Shown here piece after piece: positions 53,742 to 64,000 of a stretch of 64,000 nucleotides of DNA. The position numbers were made by a program, and so were the translations under genes. Below the pieces are notes generated by a model. That model saw nothing but the letters and a program-made list of their open reading frames with translations, was not told the DNA's origin and searched no databases. The stretch's first letter is position 1. The number at the start of each line of letters is the position of its first letter. The stretch is from Octopus vulgaris (lineage: Eukaryota): contig OX597818.1 in assembly GCA_951406725.2 (NCBI GenBank), forward strand, positions 51,956,001 through 52,020,000, read 5' to 3'.

Positions 53742-53967
53742 TACAAGGAGTTGCTGGAAAGTTTTGGGTTTTGGGTAAAAGAAAATACAGGAGGATCAGT
53801 CAATTATGATTTTATCCAACGCATCTCTCTCAGATTCACACACTTATTACAGTGCTCCTTTAGTTTTTCTAAGCCCTGTAAAAGAACTCTGAATGTTGGG
53901 CCTCCAACCAGGCCTTTCACGACACCCTTAAAGCCAGGAACTTTTCAGCCCCCACCCCTCCTTCGTA
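53742..53967. mobile_element. Mariner-derived MITE
   Basis: TA-flanked TIRs (GCTGGAAAGTTTTGGGTTTT / AAAGCCAGGAACTTTTCAGC); minus strand encodes GLEKLKEHCNKCVNLR, a mariner C-terminus. Confidence 0.7.
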
Positions 53968-54204
53968 TATATAAGTCTTAGATGTCACAGTTTTGTTTGA
54001 TTGTACTATGTTCAAAGAGTGCGTAGATAGTAAATATGGCGTCTGATAGTAAATATTACATTCCACAGTAGAACAATACTCATTGACCGGACTATACACA
54101 CACACAAACAAACACAGACGCAGATGTATATATATATATATATATATATATCCAATGAAATCAACCTCTCTGTCTATATATCTACCCTCTTTATAATGTT
54201 GGCA

Positions 54205-54466
54205 AATGAAATAGAGATAAGAATGTGCATTGACCGTTTAATTGGAAAATCCTATAAGTGGCTGAAGATTGCTCGACATTTTAAAACTGATGTAATACAC
54301 AGTGTTTAATAAAATGAAGTAGCATGAAACGATTATACTACACTACCTTGGATATCCTTGTTGCTTATTTTGATTATAATCACATCATTTGATTTATATG
54401 GATAATACCATACAAAATTCTGGTGCCTTTAACTTAAGTACCATATCCATCTGAATCTAAATTTTG

Positions 54467-54470
<4 letters not shown>
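54205..54470 (+). mobile_element. Putative PLE terminus with long-stem-II hammerhead (54258-54341)
   Basis: GTGG-CTGAAGA-TTGCT..AGCAT-GAAAC-GATT-ATA-CTAC; homologous to 18120-18320. Confidence 0.6.
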
Positions 54471-54533
<63 letters not shown>

Positions 54534-54555
54534 TATATATATGGTAAATACATAC

Positions 54556-55455
54556 TTACAAGGTGGGTGAAATGTAAGTAGGCATTAAAAATTGGTAAGA
54601 AAATTCATATTCCTTTTACAAATTTATTGAAACAAACGATACATGTTCTTTATTAAATGGGAAAATGAAAGTAGATCTTCACATCTGAACGTAAGCTGAG
54701 GTGGCGTCAGCCAGTTTTCTTAAACGGCCAGGGATGGAATGAACAACCTTCTGAAGGAGGTCGTCTGGGATATCATTGAAAAACCTCCTGAATCTGTGTC
54801 TCCAAGTCCTCCTGTGTACGATGCTTTTGCCTTGTACATCTCTTTCGTGTAACCCCCAGAGGAAAAAAATCACATGGAATGAGATCTGGACTTCTTGGAG
54901 TTTTGGACTTCTGCACTTCTGCACTTCTGCAGTCACAGTCTTCAAGTTGTTCTATGTTCAAAGAGTGCGTAGATAGTAAATATTACATTCCACAGTAGAA
55001 CAATACTCATTGACCGGACTATACACACACACACAAACAAACACAGACGCAGATGTATATATATATATATATATATATATAAATCCATCCAATGAAATCA
55101 ACCTCTCTGTCTATATATCTACCCTCTTTATAATGTTGGCACGTAATGAGGTTTCAACGGACGAAAATTCAATTCTTTATGCAACACCGTATGCGTTGTG
55201 TGTCTTGTTAGTCCACTTTCACGAGTTGCTTGACGTGTTGATTTTTGCGGGCTGCGATTAAACATTTCCCGCGCTGTTGCCACGTTCTCCGCTGATCGGA
55301 ATGCGTTTGGGCGGCCATTTCTTCTTGCATCGTTCACAGAGCCAATGGTCATCAGCTTTGCACGACAACATTTTTATTATCTCCGGACGTAGTGTTGCAT
55401 GCTTACCTTTCCATCCATGTTGCCATCTCTGATCCAAAACTATGAAATTCCACTT
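54556..55455 (-). pseudogene. Tc1/mariner transposase relic, internally deleted and interrupted
   Basis: N-part GSVNDARRNGRP..RSAEN..SPQKSTRQ..LHKELNFRP; C-part PRSPDLIPCDFF.WG..IPDDLLQKVVHSIPGRL; another fragment on plus strand 55875-55985. Confidence 0.8.
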
Positions 55456-55459
55456 ATTT

Positions 55460-55860
55460 ACACTCTTTTACTCTTTTACTTGTTTCAGTCATTTGACTGC
55501 GGCCATGCTGGAGCACCGCCTTTAGTCGAGCAAATCGACCCCGGGACTTATTCTTTGTAAGCCCAGTACTTATTCTATCGGTCTCTTTTGCCGAACCGCT
55601 AAGTGACGGGGACGTAAACGTACCAGCATCGGTTGTCAAGCGATGCTGGGGGAACAAACACAGACACACAAACATATACACGCACATATATATATACGAC
55701 GGGCTTCTTTCAGTTTCCGTCTACGAAATCCACTCACAAGGCTTTGGTCGGCCCGAGGCTATAGCAGAAGACACTTGCCCAAGATGCCACGCAGTGGGAC
55801 TGAACCTGGAACCATGTGGTTGGTAAGCAAACTACTTACCACACAGCCACTCCTGCGCCT
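55460..55860 (-). mobile_element. SINE family A
   Basis: Full-length match. Confidence 0.9.
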
Positions 55861-56122
55861 TATTTACATTCGACAGATATTTGTCCTCATCATGTTCATT
55901 CCATGTGATTTTTGCCTGTGGGGTAACACAAAAGAGGTGTACATGACAAAACATCGCACACACGAGGACTTGAAGACACGGATGTGTATGTATGTATATC
56001 TATGTTTATAAAACAGAATACAGAAAACGGGACGAGAACGCAACAGGCGACTACAAAACATTCAGGCAGTTAGATGATACAAAAAGGGTACAAGAAAAAA
56101 CAAGGACGGGTCATTCGGAGTT

Positions 56123-56174
<52 letters not shown>

Positions 56175-56176
56175 CC

Positions 56177-56212
<36 letters not shown>

Positions 56213-56330
56213 AAATACATGTATATATATATATATATATATACACAAAAATATGTATATATATGTATATATATATACATTGGTATACATGTAGATCAAT
56301 GTTTATATATATAACAAATTCATACATACA

Positions 56331-56415
<85 letters not shown>

Positions 56416-56730
56416 AGGTAAATATTTAAGTGTTGAGTATGTTCCTAGTAGTTAACCGATAAAGCATGTTCATGTTCACTGCGTATGGCAACCTAACGTC
56501 ACCTACGGTCGCTGGATCTTCCTCGGAAATTCCTCAGTCTACGTTGACCGTAGAACAAATGATAGAAGCGGAAAATGGAATTTACGAGAAACTCTATTGC
56601 GATAAAGTTTCTCCTATATTCCATGTTCCGTCTCTATCATTTGTTACACACACACGTGTGTGTGTGTGTGTGTATGTATGTACTTATGTATATGTATGTA
56701 TGTAAGTATGTATGTATATGTATGTATATG

Positions 56731-56771
<41 letters not shown>

Positions 56772-56786
56772 ATGTATGTATTTATA

Positions 56787-56851
<65 letters not shown>

Positions 56852-57084
56852 GCATGTATGTAAATGTGTGTATAAGTATGTATGTATATGTATACATATG
56901 TGGTGGTCGTTAGCTGACAGGTTTATGCTAATGACCGAATGTATGTACGTATGTATGTGTATGTATGTATGTATGTATGTATGTATGTATGTATGTATGT
57001 ATGTATGTATGTATGTATGTATATGTATGTATGTATATGTATATATGTAAGTATGTATATGTATGTATATGTATGTATATGTAA

Positions 57085-57131
<47 letters not shown>

Positions 57132-57469
57132 AATGTATGTATAAGTATGTATGTATATGTATACATATGTGGTGGTCGTTAGCTGACAGGTTTATGCTAA
57201 TGTCTGGTCATCAATAATCGACTGATTATATTACATAAATATGTAGGATATAATAATTGAGTAGACTATATTGATATCTAAGGTTATGAAACTGACCACT
57301 CGATGATAAATATCTCTGGTCAGTATCTGGCCAATATCTAGTCAATCGTTGTGTTTGATATCATTAGAGTTTATCATTATCTGTGATAACTTTAGATTAT
57401 GATACCCAAGTGTCAACAGCTAAATCACCAATACGCAACTAATGTCCTGGCTCTGTATTTAAATCTAAT

Positions 57470-57880
57470 TACTCTTTTACTCTTTTACTTGTTTCAGTCA
57501 TTTTGACTGCGGCCATGCTGGAGCACCGCCTTTAGTCGAGCAAATCGACCCCAGGACTTATTCTTTGTAAGCCCAGTACTTATTCTATCGGTCTCTTTTG
57601 CCGAACCGCTAAGTGACGGGGACGTAAACACACCAGCGTCGGTTGTCAAGCAATGCTGGGGGGACAAACACAGACACACAAACACACACACATACATATA
57701 TATATACATATATACGACAGGCTTCTTTCAGTTTCCGTCTACCAAATCCACTCACAAGGCATTGGTCGGCCCGGGGCTATAGCAGAAGACACTTGCCCAA
57801 GATGCCACGCAGTGGGACTGAACCCGGAACCATGTGGTTGGTTAGCAAGCTACTTACCACACAGCCACTCCTGCGCCTAT
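57470..57880 (-). mobile_element. SINE family A
   Basis: Full-length match. Confidence 0.9.
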
Positions 57881-57952
57881 AGCCACTTCTGCGCCTATAG
57901 CCACTCCTGCGCCTATAGCCACTCCTGCGCCTATAGCCACTCCTGCGTCTAA
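57863..57952. repeat. 18-bp minisatellite x5 derived from the SINE A 5' end
   Basis: AGCCACTCCTGCGCCTAT repeated five times. Confidence 0.9.
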
Positions 57953-58039
57953 TGATAATGTTATCGTCATGACTCCAGTGATACTAAGATTCTACAAGCA
58001 ATTTCTAATGCCTAGTTACTTTCCATCCACCCTGTATAT

Positions 58040-58325
58040 ATATATGGGAAACTACCACCTGTGTCATCTCTTGTGAAAGGTAGGAGAGTCCAGTTTGCTG
58101 GACATTGTTGTAGAGCTGAAAAAGAAGTAATTTCTACTCTTCTCCTCTGGAAGCCATCTACTCGCAATACCAGAGGGCGCACACTCTCCTACCCTGATGT
58201 AATCTCCAGGGATACAGGCATCCAGCAACAGGACCTCCGTAATGTCATGATGAACCGTGAAGTCTGGCGTACCATGGTAAATTCCATTGTCTCGACCACG
58301 GTCGAACAATGATGATGATGATGAT
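58040..58325 (+). pseudogene. RTE-clade LINE 3' end with (GAT)n tail
   Basis: LPPVSSLVKGRRVQFAGHCCRA..LLLWKP..GRTLSYPDVISRDTG..MMNREVWR; stop followed by (GAT)n. Confidence 0.8.
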
Positions 58326-58756
58326 ATATACATACATGTATATTTATATAAGGAGAGGACCATGTACTGCAGTAGTTTGGGATTCTAGGGCCCACAGCTA
58401 TTTAACGCCTTACCAAAACATCTTAGGGATCTCCATGGTGTGGGAGTAGATGTTTTCAAGAACTTAACATCTTGCTGTCCATCGATATCTAACGAAAATG
58501 TCAGCAAATGATATGCTGATGGTAGTATTTAGCGTTAATATTTCTAATTCCGAGTGTCACAGGTAAATTTTGCGAATATTCTAAATGTGTAAGCAATAAC
58601 CGTTTAAAATGTTGGCACAAGTCTAGCAATTTCAAGGGAGGATATAAGTCAAGTACATCGACACCTTGTTCTCATTGTATGAACCCTCCGAAAGAATGAA
58701 AGACAAAGACGGATCCAGCGAAATTTGAACCCAGAAACCAATGAGCCAGAAAGGCT

Positions 58757-58969
58757 TCTTTTACTTGTTTCTTGTTTCCGTCATTTGACTGCGGCCATGC
58801 TGGAGCACCGCCTTTAGTCGAGCGAATCGACCCCCAGGACTTATTCTTTGGAAGTCTAGTACGTATTCTATCGGTCTCTTTTTGCCGAACCGCTAAGTTA
58901 CGGGGACGTAAGCACACCACCATCGGTTGTCAAGCGATGTTGGGGGGACAAACACAGACACACAAACAA

Positions 58970-59066
<97 letters not shown>

Positions 59067-59228
59067 TACGACGGGCTTCTTTCAGTTTCCGTCTACCAAA
59101 TACACTCACAAGGCTTTGGTCGGCCCGAGGCTATAGTAGAAGACACTTGCCCAAGGTGCCACGCAGTGGGACTGAACCTGGAACCATGTGGTTGGTAAGC
59201 AAGCTACTTAGCACACAGCCACTCCTGC
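58757..59228 (-). mobile_element. SINE family A
   Basis: Full-length match. Confidence 0.9.
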
Positions 59229-60429
59229 TGTTGCTAAACATTATTGTCCGACTCGCTAACGATTCGCCACTTAAACGTAGAAGCAATAACAAAACCTGAA
59301 AACCATTATAACATTCTTGGCAGATATTTCGAGAAGTGAAATATTTCCGGCATGCAGTATACTTTACATAACAACGAACTGGTTACCTCTGTATTACATT
59401 ATGCCATATAAATAGTTTTTATTCATCCCTACATATTAATACGTCTTATCTCATTCAAACTATTCGTACTGTCTCTTATACACGATGTACAACACATTAT
59501 GTATCACGTGTATTTCAAATATGGATAATACATGTCCCCAATTATTATAGCCATTAGTCTATTTACTTCACCGTGTTCAACAGATTTTAAAGGAAACAAT
59601 TAAAGGATCCCTTTCTTATACTTTCTTTTTTTTTTTTTGCATGCATGTGTATTGCTTTTAGCAACAAACTCGTTGCTGTTGCGCAAATATTTGCAGTAGA
59701 GCGTTAACTGCTACATTGCTTTGATGGGATAGAATGTGTCTTAATTTATTATAACCCACACCACATTAAGCTGATCCCTATCACTGTGCTATCGTGTTGT
59801 TTTTGTATGAATCGACTTGAGGGGTTATCTCTCTCTTTTACACTCTTTAATCTCATGGCAAAATAACTTAATATGTGTGTGTATCTGTCTTTCATTTCTC
59901 TCCTCTATTTGTTGGACCCATTTGATAGCAATCCGCAGATATTGTATAGCTCTATCGATTTTACCATAATTTTACTCTATTAAAGCTACCTTTGGGTATA
60001 AACCTCCTTCATAGATCAAAGAAAACGCTGATAAATTGAAAGATAAACATATGCCGCCAAGTCGAAGATGATCCTTGTTGATCCCGTAGAAGCCTCATCT
60101 ACAGAATATTTTCTGTGAAATGACTGACCAGAGTGATTTCTTGTATTTTTCTATGGCACATCATGATTTCCTTGAAATAAGACAGTTTCTAAGGAATTCG
60201 GAAACAATATTACAGCGGTGATGGAGTGGAACAATAGCATTACCAGTTTTATAAAGATTTATGGAATGGCAGAATCATTAGAGTGTCGGGCAAAATTCTT
60301 GCTATATTACTTTTAGTTCTTTATATTCCAAGTTCAAAACCCACCGTGGTTAACTTTGACATTCATTCTTGTGGGGTGAATAAAAATAAACTACGTGTCA
60401 AGTATATGGATCGATGGTATTAGATAAAG

Positions 60430-60825
60430 AAGGCGGCGAGCTGGTAGAAACGTATTTCGTCTGCCGTTACGTTCTGAGTTCAAATTCCGCCGGGGTCGAC
60501 TTTGCCTTTCATCCTTTCGGGGGTCGATAGATTAAGTACCAGTTACGCACTGGGGTCGATATAATCGACTTAATACCTATGTCTGTCCTTGTTTGTCCCC
60601 TCTGTGTTTAGCCCCTTGTGGGTAATAAAGACATAGGTATTTCGTCTGCCGCTACGTTCTGAGTTCAAATTCCGCCGAGGTCGACTTTGCCTTTCATCCT
60701 TTCGGGGTCGATAAATTGAGTACCAGTTACGCACTTGGGTCGATATATAAGACTTAATCCGTTTGTCTGTCCTTGTTTGTCCTCTCTGTGTTTAGCCCCC
60801 TGTGGGTAGTAAAGAAATAGGTATT
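60430..60825 (+). mobile_element. Tandem dimer of SINE family B, with older degenerate copies at 60260-60420 and 60900-61270
   Basis: Two head-to-tail units. Confidence 0.85.
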
Positions 60826-61269
60826 AAATAATACCTCTCAAAATTATTGGTCTTGTGTATAAATTAAAACCGATAATTAATTTTCACAAAAGTTCTGCCT
60901 TCTTTTTTTGCAATCTCAAAGATAAGAGATTCTTGTTAGAACAACTAAATGCTTTGTGATATTTCTTCCAGCCTCCTGCTTTCAAATTCCACGGATACCC
61001 ACTTTGCCTTTCATCCTCCTGGGTTCGATAAACTAAAATACCAGCCAGGAAGTAGTCGGGTATCAACAAACTGCTGCCCCAGAAATTACTGGGTTTGCAG
61101 TGAGATGGCAGAACCGTTAGTGCATCAGACAAATTGCTTAACGATATTTATTCTGGCTTTTTTACTTCTTGAGTTCAAATTCCTCTGATATCAACTTTAC
61201 TTTTCATCCTTCAATGGCCGATAAAGTAAAGTCCTTAAAATTTTAGGCTTTGTGCCTATTGTAGAAAAG

Positions 61270-61322
<53 letters not shown>

Positions 61323-61325
<3 letters not shown>

Positions 61326-61427
61326 TCTTTTACTTGCTTCAGTCGTTTGACTTATTCTTTGGAAGCCTAGTACTTATTCTATCGCTCTCTTTTGCCGAAC
61401 CGCTAGGTGACGGGGACGTAAACACAC

Positions 61428-61482
<55 letters not shown>

Positions 61483-61647
61483 CGGCGGGCTTCTTTCAGT
61501 TTCCGTCTACCAAATCCACTCACAAGGCTTTGGTCAGCCCGAAGCTATAGTAGAAGACACTTGCTCGAAGTCCCACGCAGTGGGACTAAACCCGGAACCA
61601 CGTGGCTGGTAAGCAGGCTACTTAACACACAGCCACTCCTACGCCTA
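61323..61647 (-). mobile_element. SINE family A with deletions
   Basis: Match to family A. Confidence 0.85.
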
Positions 61648-61849
61648 TATTATTATTATCATCATCATCATCATCATCGTCGTCGTCAGTGTCAACAACA
61701 CCATTGTCATCAATATAAACATCGTCACCGTTTTCCCTATCATGACCATCAAAACACCAAGATCATGTCCCCCGCTTCCATATCACCGACACCAGCACCG
61801 TTGCCACCACCACCACCATCACCACCACCGCCACCACCATTATCACCAC

Positions 61850-61918
<69 letters not shown>

Positions 61919-62269
61919 AATCATCATCACCATCATTATGAATCATCATCATCGCTATCGTTGACAGCAACAAAAAGCAACTATAGCAGCAGCAGCAGCC
62001 GCAGCAGCAGCAGCAGCAACGGCAGCAGCAACTACAACAGCTCAATGGAGCATCACCAATTTATGCCTAGCTTAAAAAGTGCAATGAATGGATCGAAGCC
62101 AATCAATAAAAGGCATTAAACAAAGATGGCCGAACAGGAGGGGAAACCGCTCTGTTTATTTTCTCAGCCACCATTATTACCACCTTAAATTCGGGAACAT
62201 TCCAAAATTACGATTATTATTGTTTATTTATTGCTTTGTTGTTTTCATTTTGTAGAAAATTTCTATTAT

Positions 62270-62325
62270 ATTGTCGTTATCATCATTATCATGATCATCA
62301 TCAGCAGCATCATTATCAGCATCAT

Positions 62326-62356
<31 letters not shown>

Positions 62357-62432
62357 AGCAACAACAACATTTATTATTATTATTGCTTTCATTATCACCC
62401 ACCTCCTCCTCCTCCTCCTTCTTCTTCTTCTT

Positions 62433-62521
<89 letters not shown>

Positions 62522-62604
62522 CATCATCATCATCATCACTATTATTATTATTATTATTATTATTATCATCATCATCTTCATCATCATTATTATTATTATT
62601 ATTA

Positions 62605-62635
<31 letters not shown>

Positions 62636-62637
62636 CA

Positions 62638-62713
<76 letters not shown>

Positions 62714-62733
62714 TCATCATCATCATCATCATC
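62270..62733. repeat. Compound trinucleotide tract
   Basis: (CAT)(CAG)(CTT)(TAT)n. Confidence 0.95.
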
Positions 62734-62860
62734 GTTTAACGTCCGCTTTCCATGCTAGCATGGGTTGGACGGTTCAACTGGGGTCTGGCAAGCCCGAAGG
62801 CTGCACCAGGCCAGTCAGATCTGGCAGTGTTTCTACAGCTGGATGCCCTTCCTAACGCCC
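62730..62860 (-). mobile_element. SINE/LINE 3' fragment with RTE-type (GAT)n tail
   Basis: GGCGTTAGGAAGGGCATCCAGCTGTAGAAAC..GGACGTTAAAC(GAT)n. Confidence 0.65.
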
Positions 62861-63031
62861 ATTATTATTATCATTATTATTATTATTATTATTATTATTT
62901 TTTTTTTTTCTTCTTTCAAATTTGCTTCCATTTCTTGCCGAGTGTCTTCCCGACTCCTAGGGCAAAGAAACTCATAGTATACATTGGTAGGCCATTAAAT
63001 CAAACTCAGTAGTTCGTTCATTTAAAAAAAA

Positions 63032-63112
<81 letters not shown>

Positions 63113-63135
63113 CATTATTATTATTATTATTATTA

Positions 63136-63348
63136 GGGCAGTGAGCTGGCAGAATCGTTAGCACACTGGATGAAATGTTTAGCGGCATTTCGCCCATCGC
63201 TACATTCTGAGTTCAAATTCCGCGGAGGTCGACTTTTCTTTTCATCTTTTCAGGGTCGATAAATTAAGTACTTGTGAAACACTTGGGTCAATGTAATCGA
63301 CTAGTTCTCTCCCCCAAAATTTCAAGCCTTGTGCCTATAGTAGAAAGG

Positions 63349-63350
<2 letters not shown>
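63136..63350 (+). mobile_element. SINE family B, alternative-tail subfamily in (TTA)n
   Basis: B head and centre, tail CCTTGTGCCTATAGTAGAAAGG(ATT)n. Confidence 0.8.
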
Positions 63351-63418
<68 letters not shown>

Positions 63419-63419
<1 letters not shown>

Positions 63420-63712
63420 AGCCTCTCGGATAATTCTTAATTACCGGTTGTTATTTACTCGAAAGCAGGCAATAACGAATCACCAAAGGTTTCAAGTAGA
63501 GCCTTCTCCTGTGACTCAAACAGACAATACTCTCCTTAGAATGCGAGCTGTACCCAACAATGCTGTCTTCTGGATCACCTCGAGCTTGACAGCAGCTCCA
63601 ATATTCTTAATATATTTTTCAAAGCCCTTGGAAACTGCTCCTAATGCTCCAATTACCACCGGTATCACCATTACTTTCCTCATGTCCCATAACTTTCCTA
63701 TCGCGTCCATAA
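63419..63712 (-). pseudogene. R4/Dong-clade non-LTR retrotransposon 3' end
   Basis: KLWDMRKVMVIPVVIGALGAV..IQKTALLGTARILRRVL* then 3' UTR running into (TAA)n. Confidence 0.85.
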
Positions 63713-64000
63713 TTATTGTTGTTGTTATTAATAGCGTTGGAGTGGCAGATTCGTTGTTGTGTCGGCCAAAATACTGGGCGTTTTGATCGATTCTTTACGT
63801 TCTGAGTCCAAGTTACACCTAAAATCAAAAAATTTTAAAGGGAAAAATTTGACAAGTCAATCAGTCACCGGCTGACACTCGCTGACGATACATCGAAGTG
63901 GCCAGGGAACAGAAGAAAGAAGAAGAAAGAAGACATGCACCCAACACCAGAGCTGAAGACACCTCCGAAATGGGTGGGGGGCCGCCACATTAAAACGATA

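Noticed and set aside
63950-64000. CTGAAGACACC..GGTG motif at the window end
   Set aside because: GAAA lies in the loop rather than after stem II; no cleavage-site strand visible

Overview
AT-rich animal non-coding DNA (intron or intergenic), most likely from a coleoid cephalopod (Octopus-like; inferred from the SINE families and the extreme microsatellite load). No host protein-coding exon can be supported, and almost every ORF in the supplied track is a microsatellite translation. The window is a mosaic of (TA)n/(TG)n/(TATG)n/(TATC)n and trinucleotide repeats; about 20 copies of a tRNA-headed CORE-type SINE (family A); many, often tandem, copies of a second tRNA-headed SINE (family B); further SINEs (C, D, V-domain); truncated LINE ends (RTE, CR1-like, R4/Dong-like); and DNA-transposon relics (Helitron, piggyBac MITE, Tigger/pogo, Chapaev3-like, hAT-Buster, Tc1/mariner). 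The most interesting signal is a set of short 100-450 bp inserts sitting in microsatellites, often as inverted (tail-to-tail) repeats, that carry hammerhead-ribozyme cores, as expected for Penelope-like element (PLE) termini. One such family (7.0, 8.7 and 42.8 kb) has the three hammerhead strands in reversed, non-circularly permuted order, with compensatory changes in stems I and III between two diverged subfamilies. All pairings and alignments were read by eye; no folding or database search was run.
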